In this document: piece by piece, positions 50,349 to 64,000 of the stretch | Numbering within the stretch: position 1 is the first letter of the stretch | Layout of the letters: the number at the start of each line of letters is the position of its first letter | Assembly (NCBI RefSeq): GCF_902652985.1 | Contig: NC_047019.1 | Span: 38,316,001 to 38,380,000, forward strand | Direction: 5' to 3' | From: Pecten maximus | Taxonomy: Eukaryota | Length of the DNA: 64,000 nucleotides | The notes under the pieces: model-generated | Seen by the model: only the letters and a program-made list of their open reading frames with translations | Database searches by the model: none | What the model was told of the DNA's origin: nothing | Made by a program: the position numbers and the translations under genes

Positions 50349-52230
50349 CAAGAGGCCCATGGGGCCTGTATCGCTCACCTGGTTGGATTAGACCAAATGT
50401 TGAAATAATGTTCATATTCAAGTTGTTTTATTTGTAAAATTCTAACAATGCTATATATGGTTATAGTGTGGGAATCCCAACTGCTTTAAAGATTAATGAA
50501 GTCCAGACTCTCTAAGGTCTGAAAGACCTCAAGAATTGTTTATAGAACATGCATTCATCACTTTATGACTAGTAGCGATTTCAAGGAATTACCTCTATTT
50601 CACCTATTGGGCCCGCCCCTTTGGCCATTCCGGGGTCAGAGTCACCATTTATGCAAAATCTGTTCCCCTGTTTCTGACCAAATTTGGTTCAAATCCATTC
50701 ATAACTTGATGGCTAGTAGCAATTCAAAGGAATTACCTCTATTTCCCCCACTGGGCCCATCCCTTTTGGCCCCTTTAGGGTCAGAGCCACCATTTATGCA
50801 AAATCTGTTCCCCTTCCCCCAAGGATGTTTCTGACCAAATTGGGTTCAAATCCCTTCACAACTTTATGACTAGTAGAGATTTAGAGGAATTACCTCTATT
50901 TCCCATATTTGGCAACGCCCCTTTGGCCCCTCGGGGGTCAGAATCACCATTTATGCAAAATCTGTTCCCCTTTCCCCAAGGATGTTTCTGACCAAATTGG
51001 GTTGAAATCCATTCATAACTTTATGACTAGTAGTGATTTAAAGGAATTATCTCTATTACCCCTATTGGGCCCCGCCCCTTTAGTCCCTTTGGGGTCAGAG
51101 CCACCATTTATGCAAAATCTGTTCCCCTTCCCCCAAAGATATCTCTGACCAACTTGGGTTCAAATCCATTCATAACTTTATGACAAGTAGCGATTTAAAG
51201 GAATTACCTTAATTTCCCCTATTGGGCCCCGCCCTTTTGGCCCCTCGGGGGTCAGAGCCACCATTTATGCAAAATCTGTTCCCCTTCCCCCAAGAATGTT
51301 TCTGACCAAATTGGGTTGAAATCCATTCATAACTTTATGACTAGTAGCGATTTGAAGGAATTACCTCTATTTCCCCATTAGGCCCTGCCCCTTTGGCCCC
51401 TTGGGGGTCAGAGCCACCATTTATGCAAAATCTTTTCCCCCTTCCCCCAAGGATGTTTCTGACCAAATTGGGTTCAAATCCATTCATAACTTTATGACTA
51501 GTAGAGATTTAGAGGAATTACCTCTATTTCCCATATTTGGCCCCGCCCCTTTGGCCCCTCGGGGGTCAGAATCACCATTTATGCAAAATCTATTCCCCTT
51601 CCCCCAAGGATGTTTCTGACCAAATTGGGTTCAAATCCATTCATAACTTTATGACTAGTAGTGATTTAAAGGAATTACCTTAATTTCCCCTATTGGGCCC
51701 CGCCCCTTTGGCCCCTCGGGGGTCAGAGCCACCATTTATGCAAAATCTGTTCCCCTTTTCCCAAGGAGGTTTCTGACCAAATTGGGTTCAAATCCATTCA
51801 TAACTTTATGACAAGTAGAGATTTAGAGGAATTACCTCTATTTCCCATATTTGGCCCCGCCCCTTTGGCCCCTCGGGGGTCAGAATCACCATTTATGCAA
51901 AATCTGTTCCCCTTTCCCCAAGGATGTTTCTGACCAAATTGGGTTCAAATCCATTCATAACTTTATGACTAGTAGCGATTTAAAGGAATTACCTCTATTT
52001 CCCCTATTGGGCCCCGCCCCTTTGGCCCCTCAGGGGTCAGAGTCACCATTTATGCAAAATCTGTTCCCATTCTGCCAAGGATGTTTCTGGCCAAATTTGG
52101 TCAAAATCCAATAAGAACTTTATGACTAGTAGCGATTTGAAGCAAATGTTGACGGACGGACGGACGGACGACGGACGACGGACGGTGCGCCATGGCATAA
52201 GCTCACCGGACCTTCGGTCCAGGTGAGCTA
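50349..52230 (-). mobile_element. Non-autonomous Helentron (HINE / DINE-1 / bivalve pearl-CvA-like) element with an internal satellite array
   Basis: Subterminal inverted repeats gctcacctgg (50373-50382) and ccaggtgagc (52219-52228). Terminal stem-loop agctcaccggaccttcggtccaggtgagct (52200-52229). (GACG)n microsatellite at 52151-52185. Short palindrome aggcccatggggcct (50353-50367). Flanked by A runs (T runs on the minus strand). Confidence 0.88.
50561..52140. repeat. Ten tandem ~157-bp satellite monomers inside the HINE
   Basis: The motif ctttatgactagtag recurs at 50561, 50705, 50862, 51019, 51176, 51333, 51490, 51647, 51804, 51961 and 52118. The period is 157, and the first unit is shortened to 144. 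Confidence 0.95.
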
Positions 52231-52244
52231 AAAATCAGTATTCC

Positions 52245-52275
<31 letters not shown>

Positions 52276-52954
52276 AAAACCCAACCAGATAGTATGAAAG
52301 CACCCTGTATACATTATAGACATATGTGTAAATATTGGTGCACTGCAAAACTAATATTAAATTTCGCAAAAATCACTAATTCTCAAATTATGTAATTGTC
52401 CCCCAAACATCATTCTTTCTGAATAGCATGAATTCAATTCAATTTGACAATAAACTAATTTGTAAATAAATGAGAGAAACAATTAAGATTTTACATTAAT
52501 TTCTCAAAATCTTGGGGTTTTAATCCAAAAATACAGCAAATAATTTTAATTCCTGTAATCTGTAGGGTGTGTTGAGATGTCCACTACGAGATCTCAATAT
52601 TTACCATGTTTGGTTAATGTTGGACTTCAGATTTTTGAACAATGGATCTAAACACAAAACTTTAAAGTGAAATGTTGATGATGATGCCATTGCCATTTGT
52701 AAACATGTAGTATGTAACACCTAGTCTCACTTTGTGACTTTGTCGTAGGTGAGACAAAATAATTTGCTGATGTAATACAGATCTAGACATTAACACTGCT
52801 GATTCTGTCTATAAAGTATTTAATATCAATAAGTAAACTCCAGGTACAATGTATGTGCTATATGCACAATTTTTATTTCAGGTTTAGAGGATACGAAAAA
52901 AGATAAATCACAGTTTGATCAAGTACCACTCTGATGAGATCAACATTAAACACC

Positions 52955-55705
52955 TCCCCACCACGACAAGAGTAGGGAGTTATACCACGATGATAACCCC
53001 ACCACGACAAGAGTAGGGAGTTATACCACGATGATAACTCCATCACAACAAGAGTAGGGAGTTATACCACGATGATAACCCCACCACGACAAGAGTAGGG
53101 AGTTATACCACGATGATAACCCCACCACGACATGAGTAGGGAGTTATACCACGATGATAACCCCACCACAACAAGAGTAGGGAGTTATACCACGATGATA
53201 ACCCCACCACAACAAGAGTAGGGAGTTATACCACGATGATAACCCCATCACAACATGAGTAGGTAGTTATACCACGATGATAACCCCACCACGACAAGAG
53301 TAGGGAGTTATACCACGATGATAACCCCACCACGACAAGAGTAGGGAGTTATACCACGATGATAACCCCATCACAACATGAGTAGGTAGTTATACCACGA
53401 TGATAACCCCACCACGACAAGAGTAGGGAGTTATACCACGATGATAACCCCACCACGACAAGAGTAGGGAGTTATACCACGATGATAACCCCACCACGAC
53501 AAGAGTAGGGAGTTATACCACGATGATAACCCCACCACAACAAGAGTAGGGAGTTATACCACGATGATAACCCCACCACAACAAGAGTAGGGAGTTATAC
53601 CACGATGATAACCCCACCACGACAAGAGTAGGGAGTTATACCACGATGATAACCCTACCACAACAAGAGTAGGGAGTTATACCACGATGATAACCCCACC
53701 ACAACAAGAGTAGGGAGTTATACCACGATGATAACCCCTCCACTACAAGAGTAGGGAGTTATACCACGATGATAACCCCACCACAACAAGAGTAGGGAGT
53801 TATACCACGATGATAACCCCACCACGACAAGAGTAGGGAGTTATACCACGATGATAACCCCACCACAACAAAAGTAGGGAGTTATACCACGATGATAACC
53901 CCACCACGACAAGAGTAGGGAGTTATACCACGATGATAACCCCACCACGACAAGAGTAGGGAGTTATACCACGATGATAACCCCACTACAACAAGAGTAG
54001 GGAGTTATACCACGATGATAACCCCACCACGACAAGAGTAGGGAGTTATACCACGATGATAACCCCACCACAACAAGAGTAGGGAGTTATACCACGATGA
54101 TAACCCCACCACAACAAGAGTAGGGAGTTATACCACGATGATAACCCCACCACAACAAGAGTAGGGAGTTATACCACGATGATAACCCCACCACGACAAG
54201 AGTAGGGAGTTATACCACGATGATAACCCCACCACGACAAGAGTAGGGAGTTATACCACGATGATAACCCAACCACAACAAGAGTAGGGAGTTATACCAC
54301 GATGATAACCCCTCCACGACAAGAGTAGGGAGTTATACCACGATGATAACCCCACCACGACAAGAGTAGGGAGTTATACTACGATGATAACCCCACCACG
54401 ACAAGAGTAGGGAGTTATACCACGTTGATAACCCCACCACGACAAGAGTAGGGAGTTATACCACGATGATAACCCCACCACGACAAGAGTAGGGAGTTAT
54501 ACCACGATGATAACTTCACCACAACAAGAGTAGGGAGTTATACCACGATGATAACCCCACCACAACAAGAGTAGGGAGTTATACCACGATGATAACCCCA
54601 CCACGACAAGAGTAGGGAGTTATACCACGATGATAACCCAACCACAACAAGAGTAGGGAGTTATACCACGATGATAACCCCTCCACGACAAGAGTAGGGA
54701 GTTATACCACGATGATAACCCCACCACAACAAGAGTAGGGAGTTATACCACGATGATAACCCCACCACGACAAGAGTAGGGAGTTATACCACGATGATAA
54801 CCCCACCACGACAAGAGTAGGGAGTTATACTACGATGATAACCCCACCACGACAAGAGTAGGGAGTTATACCACGATGATAACCCCACCACGACAAGAGT
54901 AGGGAGTTATACCACGATGATAACCCCACCACGACAAGAGTAGGGAGTTATACCACGATGATAACCCCACCACAACAAGAGTAGGGAGTTATACCACGAT
55001 GATAACCCCACCACAACAAGAGTAGGGAGTTATACCACGATGATAACCCCACCACTACAAGAGTAGGGAGTTATACCACGATGATAACCCCACCACAACA
55101 AGAGTAGGGAGTTATACCACGATGATAACCCCACCACGACAAGAGTAGGGAGTTATACCATGATGATAACCCCACCACCACAACAGTAGGGAGTTATACC
55201 ACTATGATAACCCCACCACGACAAGAGTAGGGAGTTATACCATGATGATAACCCCACCACGACAAGAGTAGGGAGTTATACCACGATGATAACCCCACCA
55301 CGACAAGAGTAGGGAGCTATACCACGATGATAACCCCACCACGACAAGAGTAGGGAGTTATACCACGATGATAACCCCACCGCGACAAGAGTAGGGAGTT
55401 ATACCACGATGATAACCCCACCACGACAAGAGTAGGGAGTTATACCACGATGATAACCCCACCACGACAAGAGTAGGGAGTTATACCACGATGATAACCC
55501 CACCACAACAAGAGTAGGGAGTTATACCACGATGATAACCCCACCACGACAAGAGTAGGGAGTTATACCACGATGATAACCCCACCACGACAAGAGTAGG
55601 GAGTTATACCACGATGATAACCCCACCACAACAAGAGTAGGGAGTTATACCACGATGATAACCCCACCACAACAAGAGTAGGGAGTTATACCACGATGAT
55701 AACCT
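52955..55705. repeat. Minisatellite, 41-bp unit (ccccaccacgacaagagtagggagttataccacgatgataa), about 67 copies
   Basis: Direct periodicity. Confidence 0.98.
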
Positions 55706-56559
55706 AAGAAAGCCATTGATGGATACATCACAGATCAGTCCAAACATCAGCATTCAAATGGTGCCAACAGTTTCTATACTGCCAATCTTTCAGCAAACTC
55801 TAGGGTTGTAATTCAACACTGATCCTTTTTTTAAACAAGACATCTATCACCTCTTATAAAAGTATTAGAAAACAATTAGGCATTACAAAATCTAACTGTG
55901 AATGGATTCCAGGTGATTTTTGGTAATACTTCACAGAACAGTTTATATCTAAGTGTCCAATGTTTGGCATGGATTCAATGCATGCATATGCACTCCAAAT
56001 AAAAATTTGAATTGATAAGAAATTAAAAATATCATATAAAAACTAACTTTTTATTCTGTAAGGATATTGATAATTATGAGAAAAAGATCTAACAATATCA
56101 CATCCAAGTTTTAAGAAAATAAACATGAAATTTGAGACCCATATCATAAAGAATTAGCTGTTGATGTTACTGAAGCATTAAACCTGTCCAGGAGACGAAG
56201 CCAGACAAGGTTATGGAGTACTTGAGAGTTTTATCTAGTCCCGATACCATGGGTATGACACCACATAAAAACCTCACTTTTTAGCTGATGCCTGCCAACT
56301 CAGTAACATGGAATGATACTTTACACAGCTGAAAGCTCTCCATCACTATCGGGAGATTGATGAATCATCAGTGTGAGATGATGACCCACCATTTACCACC
56401 AACAATGATATGATGCCATTTTGGTACCTTACATGTCACCTCATTCTATTAATCACCTAAAGAGCAGCAATATTGACAATAAAAACATCTGACAACCATT
56501 CAAATGTTAATTTTTGATATGGCATAACAAAGCTTTATATATATATATTGGTTTCCTGG

Positions 56560-57175
56560 GAGACATGGTCAAGCCTTGTTGAAATGAGACATGGTCAAGC
56601 CTTGTTGTACATGAACAGTCACTATAGGGCCATGAAATGAGATATGGTTAAGCCTTGTTGAAATGAAACATGGTCAAGCCTTGTTGTACATTGACAGTCG
56701 CTAGATCCATGAAATGAGACATGGTCAAGCCTTGTTGTACATGGACAGTCACTAGGGCCATGAAATGAGACATGGTCAAGCCTTGTTGTACATGGACAGT
56801 CACTATAGGGCTATGAAATGAGACATGGTCAAGCCTTGTTGAAATGAGACATGGTCAAGACTTGTTGAAATGAAACATGGTCAAGCCTTGTTGTACATGG
56901 ACAGTCACTAGGGCCATGAAATGAGACATGGTCAAGCCTGGTTGTACATGGACAGTCACTAGGGCCATGAAATGAGACATGGTCAAGCCTTGTTGTACAT
57001 GAACAGTCACTATATGGCCATGAAATGAGACATGTTCAAGCCTTGTCGTACTTTGACAGTCAGTAGGGCCATGAAATGAGACATGGTCAAGCCTGGTTGT
57101 ACATGGACAGTCACTAGATCCATGAAATAAGACTCAAGCTTTGTTTGTACTTTGACAGTCAGTAGGGCCATGGAA
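56560..57175. repeat. Composite minisatellite with ~51-bp and 26-bp units (gaaatgagacatggtcaagccttgtt[gtacatggacagtcactagggccat])
   Basis: Direct periodicity. Confidence 0.92.
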
Positions 57176-57779
57176 TTAAACCATGTTCTTATGCTCTTTC
57201 TTATAGCAGGTTTGATAATAATAACTCAACTCACAGGGGTATACACTCGACTCAACCCCAAAACCACTGAATTCCTAATTCTTTCCTACAGATTAATTAA
57301 ATTAAATTTTGACCTGGATTTCCCCTTCTTGTTATGATATATGGGTCGCTGTAGTTTCCCTCTACAGATGTCTATGATAAAATTACAATGTAGAGGCACT
57401 GGCCAATTTACTGTACCAGCCACCTAGTACAGGCAAAGTACATCATATCAAGGCTGATTACACTATCTCTACCACAAATTATTTCCACTTTAAACAGTTA
57501 CAATATATTAATCAGGTCTCCTCCTAGATGAATTTCCCACAATATGTGAAGCAGCCTAGGCAGAAACAGGGTAATCTAATAAATGAGACGACATATAAAT
57601 CAGAAAAGAGCTTTTTCATTCTGAGCCTAAGTGGCCATGACACACTCATCTGGGTGATGAGTTGATGAATACTTTCCACTGCTACAGATCAGATATCATC
57701 CACTTAGTTAAACACTACCAATCTGCTGTTATTATTCTAGACACTTTATTCTTCAACTAGTGAAACAATTTTTTTTCAT

Positions 57780-58730
57780 GGCCATCGCTAATTCCATTAT
57801 CTGTTATCTGGCCAACATTAATCCCATTGTGTTTTCTGGTGACCACTAATCCCATTCTTTCCATCATTAATCCCATAATCTGTTATGTGGTGCTCACTAA
57901 TCCCATCCTCTGTTATCCACCACTGATACCATTGTTTTCTATCTGGCCACCACTAATCCCATCCTCTGCTATCTGGTCATCACAATAATCCCACTGTGTT
58001 TTCTGGCCTTCACTAATCCCTTCTCTGTCATCTGGCCACCACTAATCCCATTACATTGTATGTGTTATGTGGTTCCCTTTAATCCCATTCTCTATCATCA
58101 GGCCACCACTAATCTCATTGTGTTATCTGGCCACCACTTATCTCATCCTCTGTTATCTGGCCACCACTAATCCCATCCTCTGTTATCTGGCCACCACTAA
58201 TCTCATTGTGTTATCTGGCCACCACTAATCCTATCTGTTATCTGGCCACCACTAATCCTATCCTCTGTTATCTGGCCACCACTAATCCTATCCTCTGTTA
58301 TCTGGCCACCACTAATCCCATCCTCTGTTATCTGGCCACCACTAATCTCATTGTGTTATCTGGCCACTACTAATCCCATTCTTTGTTATCTGGCCACCAC
58401 TAATCCGATTGTGTTATCTGGCCACCACTAATCCCATTGTGTTATCTGGCCACCACTAATCCCATTGTGTTATCTGGCCATCATTAATCCCCTCCTCTGT
58501 TATCTGGCCACCACTAATCCCATTCGTTGCTATCTGGCAACCACTTATCTCATCCTCTATTATCATTCCACCACTAATCTCATCCTCTATTATCATTCCA
58601 CCATTAATCTCATCCTCAATTATATGGCCACCACTAATCCCATTGTGTTATCTGGCCACCACTAATCCCATTGTGTTATCTGGCCACCACTAATCCCATT
58701 TTCTGTTATCTTAAGACCACTAATCAAATT
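57780..58730. repeat. Minisatellite, 28/30-bp unit (tgtgttatctggccaccactaatcccat), block 1
   Basis: Direct periodicity, degenerate at the 5' end. Confidence 0.93.
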
Positions 58731-59094
58731 ATCTTCTCTTCACAAACTAACGACAAGTAAAGAAGTACCCCTGTCTAATCAGAGTGTTTACATTGAATTT
58801 TCAGTATTCTTGAGGCTACTAGTCATTCTAAGATGTTTGTAAACATGGCTGTCTGTACCTCCTGGGTAGGTTGTGGTGTATGTGGTAACAAAGCTGTAGG
58901 CTACACTTGGGTTAAACTTACTGGTAATGTATCTAAACCTCAGTCTATCAGGAAGCGGTTATGACATTTTTTAATGTTTGCTGCTAGAACACGTTTGGCA
59001 TATCCATTTCAAAACCACATATCATACCCTGAAAACTGAGTGTAGTTCAGATGTATATGTTTTGAAAATATTATCTAATGTCTTTTTACATGGC

Positions 59095-61660
59095 CGGCCA
59101 CCACTAATCCCATTGTGTTATCTGGCCACCACTAATCCCATTATGTTATCTGGCCACCACTAATCTCATTGTGTTATCTGGCCATCACTAATCCCATTCG
59201 TTGTTATCTGGCCACCACTAATCCGATTGTGTTATCTGGCCACCACTAATCCCATTGTGTTATCTGGCCACCACTAATCCCATTGCGTTATCTGGCTACC
59301 ACTTATCCCGTTTGATGTTATCTGGCCACCACTTACCACATTGTGTTATCTGGCAACCACTAACCACATTGTGTTATCTGGCCACCGCTAATCCTATACT
59401 CTGTTATCTGGCCACCAATTATCCCATTGTGTTATCTGGCCACCACTAATCCCATCCTCTGTTATCTGACCACCACTTATCCCATTCTGTGTTATCTGAC
59501 CACCACTAATCCCATTGTGTTATCTGGCCACCACTAATCCCATTGCGTTATCTGGCCACCACTTATCCCATTTGATGTTATCTGGCCACCACTTACCACA
59601 TTGTGTTATCTGGCAACCACTAACCACATTGTGTTATCTGGCCACCGCTAATCCTATACTCTGTTATCTGGCCACCAATTATCCCATTGTGTTATCTGGC
59701 CATCACTAATCCCATCCTCTGTTATCTGACCACCACTTATCCTATACTCTGTTATCTAGCCATCACTAATCCCATTGCGTTATCTGGCCATCACTAATCC
59801 CATTGCCTTATCCGGTCACCACTAATCCCATTATGTCATCTGGCCAATACTAATCCAATTCATTGCTATCTGGCCACCACTAATCCCATTGTGTTATCTG
59901 GCCACCACTAATCCAATCCTCTGTTATCTGGCCATCACTAATCCCATTCTCTGTTATCTGACCACCACTTATCCCATTGTGTTATCTGGCCACCACTTAT
60001 CCTATACTCTGTTATCTAGCCATCACTAATCCCATTGCGTTATCCGGTCACCACTAATCCCATTATGTTATCTGGCCAATACTAATCCAATGCATTGCTA
60101 TCTGGCCACCACTAATCCCATTGTGTTATAAGGCCACCACTAATCCCATTGTGTTATCTGGCCACCACTAATCCCATTCTCTGTTATTTGGCCACCACTT
60201 ATCCCATTCTCTGTTATCTGGTCACCACTGATCCCATTGTGTTATCTGGCCACCACTAATCCCATTGTGTTATATGGCCACCACTAATCCCATTCTCTGT
60301 TATCTGGCCATCACTAATCCCATTCTCTGTTATCTGGCCACCACTAATCCCATTGTGTTATCTGGCCACCACTAATCCCATTGTGTTATATGGCCACCAC
60401 TAATCCCATTGTGTTATATGGCCATCACTAATCCCATTCTCTGTTATCAAGCCATCACTAATCCCATTCTCTGTTATCTGGCCACCACTAATCCCATTGT
60501 GTTATCTGGCCACCACTAATCCCATTGTGTTATATGGCCACCACTAATCCCATTGTGTTATATGGCCACCACTAATCCCATTCTCTGTTATCAAGCCATC
60601 ACTAATCCCATTCTCTGTTATCTGGCCACCACTTATCCTATACTCTGTTATCTAGCCATCACTAATCCCATTGTGTTATCTGGCCACCACTAATCCCATT
60701 GTGTTATCTGGCCACCACTAATCCCATTCTCTGTTATCAAGCCATCACTAATCCCATTCTCTGTTATCTGGTCACCACTAATCCCATTGTGTTATCTGGC
60801 CACCACTAATCTCATTGTGTTATCTGGCCATCACTAATCCCATTCTCTGTTAATTGGTCACCACTAATCCCATTGTGTTATCTGGCCACCACTAATCTCA
60901 TTGTGTTATCTGGCCATCACTAATCCCATTCTCTGTTAATTGGTCACCACTAATCCCATTGTGTTATCTGGCCACCACTAATCCCATTCTCTGTTATCAA
61001 GCCATCACTAATCCCATTCTCTGTTATCTGGTCACCACTAATCCCATTGTGTTATCTGGCCACCACTAATCTCATTGTGTTATCTGGCCATCACTAATCC
61101 CATTCTCTGTTAATTGGTCACCACTAATCCCATTGTGTTATCTGGCCACCACTAATCCCATTGTGTTATCTGGCCACCACTAATCCCATTGTGTTATCTG
61201 GCCACCACTAATCCCATTGTGTTATCTGGCCACCACTAATCCCATTGTGTTATCTGGCCACCACTAATCCCATTCTCTGTTATCAAGCCATCACTGATCC
61301 TATACTTTGTTATATGGCCACCACTAATCCCATTGTGTTATCTGGCCACCACTAATCCCATTCTCTGTTATTTGGTCACCACTAATCCCATTGTGTTACA
61401 TGTATCTGGCCACCACTAATCCCATTGTGTTATCTGGCCACCACTAATCCCATTGTGTTATCTGGCCACCACTAATTCCATTGTGTTATCTGGCCATCAC
61501 CGATCCCATTCTCTGTTATTTGGCCACCACTAATCCCGTTGTGTTATCTGGCCACCACTAATCCAATCCTCTGTTATCTAGCGATCACTAATCTCATCCT
61601 CTATTATCTGGCCACCACTAATCCCATTTTCTGTTATCTTGTGACCACTAATCCAGTTGT
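59095..61660. repeat. Minisatellite, 28/30-bp unit (tgtgttatctggccaccactaatcccat), block 2
   Basis: Direct periodicity. Confidence 0.97.
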
Positions 61661-62109
61661 CTTCTCTTCACAAACCAACGACATGTCATTCTAAGATGTT
61701 TGTAAACATCTCTGTCTGTACCTCCTGGGTAGGTTGTGGTGTATGTGGTAACAACTAGTCATTCTGTAATGTTTGTAAACATGGCTGTCTGTGCCTCCTG
61801 GGTAGGTTGTGGTGTATGTGGTAACAACTACACTTGGGTTAAACTTACTGGTAATGTATCTAAACCTCAGTCTATCAGGAAGCGGTTATGACATTTTTTA
61901 ATGTTTGCTGCTAGAACACGTTTGGCATATCCATTTCAAACCACATATCATACCCTGAAAACTGAGTGTAGTTCAGATGTATATATTTTGAAAATATTAT
62001 CTAATGTAACACAAGTATGGATGTCTTAAGTCATTTTTTCCAGACTGGACATTTACACCGCAAGTTGTCATTAATTATTTAGAGGTCATATTTACTGGCT
62101 AGGTATTAA

Positions 62110-62231
62110 GGGGTCGCGGTGACCGAGTGGTTAAGGTGTCTCGACACTTTAATCACTAGCCCTCCACCTCTGGGTTGGGATTTTGAAACCCACGTGGGGC
62201 AGTTGCCTGGTACTGACTGTTGGCCGTGGTT
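62110..62231 (+). mobile_element. tRNA-derived SINE, 5' part only (3' truncated)
   Basis: Starts ggggtcgcgg, with A-box-like tgaccgagtgg (62120-62130) and a degenerate B-box (ttttgaaacc, 62181-62190), then non-tRNA body sequence. There is no intact cloverleaf. Confidence 0.7.
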
Positions 62232-62572
62232 GTTATATTTACTGTATGGTTGTTATATTTACTGTATGGTTGTTATATTTACTGTGTGGTTGTTATATTT
62301 ACTGTATGGTTGTTATCTTTACTGTGTGGTTGTTATATTTACTGTGTGGTTGTTATATTTACTGTATGGTTGTTATATTTACTGTGTGGTTGTTATATTT
62401 ACTGTATGGTTGTTATATTTACTGTATGGTTGTTATATTTACTGTATGGTTGTTATATTTACTGTGTGGTTGTTATATTTACTGTATGGTTGTTATATTT
62501 ACTGTATGGTTGTTATATTTACAGTATAGTTGTTATCTTTACTGTATGGTTGTTATATTTACTGTATGGTTG
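62226..62572. repeat. Minisatellite, 20-bp unit (ggttgttatatttactgtat), about 17 copies
   Basis: Direct periodicity. Confidence 0.96.
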
Positions 62573-63421
62573 AAACAAACCTACATTATGTTTCGCCTCA
62601 ATTGCATCAACCAGCTCAACCAGTACAGCCTTTTATGTAAGCTTATTTCTTGGAAATAACGCCAGAACCAATCAGAAGTATTCTACTTTCATTTTCATAT
62701 CAAATGTAGATACAATTGGATATTTCACTAATCAACTGCAAATTAGAAAATTTGAGACTAATACCAGTATTTGACAGGTGAGGGCTATTTTTATCATCCC
62801 AAAAGGAGACTTCCCAATGTTGCATCAAGGAGAATGTGTACAAGTTACCTCCCCTTCCACAAACCAGGCAGTAAGCATAATAATTTGCGCAGAAAATAGT
62901 TCAGAATACTTAATGATAAAACAGCTCATTGTGTATGATTTTAATGATTTATCTTTATATATAATGTATTTATCTTAAAAAGATGTCTTCAAACATATGA
63001 AAGTGGAATCATATTACTAAATCATAAATAAGTATTCTGCGGAAGGAAATAATGTGTGTTGTTAGTTTTTTTTGGGAAGAATAATTTCCGGTCCCATCCT
63101 GCACCCATCAGGATTTATCATAGAAATAAGTGATATTTTGATTCCCCAAGAGTTCTGAATGAATCTGTTCTCTTGAAAGTTGGCAATTTCAGCTGTAGGT
63201 AGCTGTGTTCCACAGCACCTAAAAAAAAATCTTTTAAATGTCAAGTTTTACGGAAGCTGTTAACAGTACAGTTACAGCATAGAGTACACAATTATACCTC
63301 GATATCACAGGATAGTAATGCTCCTGTTCATAGCTCCCCCTTGGGGAGCTTACAAAAGGACAAAAATAACATTTGTATAGAAGTAGCTGTGGAAATAATA
63401 GAAGGTGAACAAACTAAAAGT

Positions 63422-64000
63422 ACCTCTCTCTGATTAAACCCACCAGATACAACCTCTCTGATTAAACCCACCAGATACAATCTCTGATTAAACCCACCAG
63501 ATACAATCTCTGATTAAACCCACCAGATACAACCTCTCTGATTAAACCCACCAGATACAACCTCTCTGATTAAACCCACCAGATACAACCTCTCTGATTA
63601 AACCCACCAGATACAATCTCTGATTAAACCCACCAAATACAATATCTCTGATTAAACCCACCAGATACAATATCTCTGATTAAACCCACCAGATACAATA
63701 TCTCTGATTAAACCCACCAGATACAATATCTCTGATTAAACCCACCAGATACAACCTCTCTGATTAAACCCACCAGATACAACCCCTCTGATTAAACCCA
63801 CCAGATACAATCTCTGATTAAACCCACCAGATACAACCTCTCTGATTAAACCCACCAGATACAATCTCTCTGATTAAACCCACCAGATACAACCTCTCTG
63901 ATTAAACCCACCAGATACAATCTCTGATTAAACCCACCAGATACAATCTCTCTGATTAAACCCACCAGATACAATCTCTCTGATTAAACCCACCAGATAC
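63422..64000. repeat. Minisatellite, 26/28-bp unit (ctctgattaaacccaccagatacaacct), runs off the window end
   Basis: Direct periodicity. Confidence 0.96.

Noticed and set aside
52243-52279. Poly-C followed by poly-A next to the HINE
   Set aside because: These are simple homopolymers outside the element, with unreliable length and no retrocopy context.
62110-62200. Functional tRNA gene
   Set aside because: The B-box is degenerate, there is no acceptor stem pairing, and the sequence continues as a SINE-like body.
63062-63244. Minus-strand acceptor (tttttttttag) and short ORF as an upstream exon
   Set aside because: I found no matching donor or recognisable peptide, and cannot link it to the gene.
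1-64000. CRISPR-like arrays
   Set aside because: All arrays are head-to-tail repeats without unique spacers, there are no cas genes, and the context is eukaryotic.

Overview
This is eukaryotic, AT-rich metazoan genomic DNA, most likely a bivalve mollusc such as a scallop (inferred from the HINE- and SINE-type elements and the repeat load). By my rough tally about 60% of the window is tandem repeat, in more than 30 different minisatellite arrays with units of 15-56 bp. Almost every long ORF in the supplied track is just a translation of these arrays. One spliced gene is well supported, on the minus strand. It encodes a secreted pleiotrophin/midkine (miple)-like heparin-binding protein with FOUR tandem PTN/MK-C-type 4-Cys modules, one per exon (32366-32497, 31314-31457, 29747-29899, 28486-28751), all joined by phase-1 GT-AG introns, and a long polybasic tail. 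A signal-peptide exon at 40799-40870 is one base out of frame with the first module, probably a homopolymer error. The window also holds a complete non-autonomous Helentron (HINE) with ten ~157-bp internal monomers, a decayed second copy inside a 171-bp inverted repeat, a palindromic MITE-like element, a truncated tRNA-derived SINE, a local duplication of an array plus its flank, and a G-rich array showing wholesale A->C conversion that is probably a sequencing artefact. There are no prokaryotic features or CRISPR arrays.
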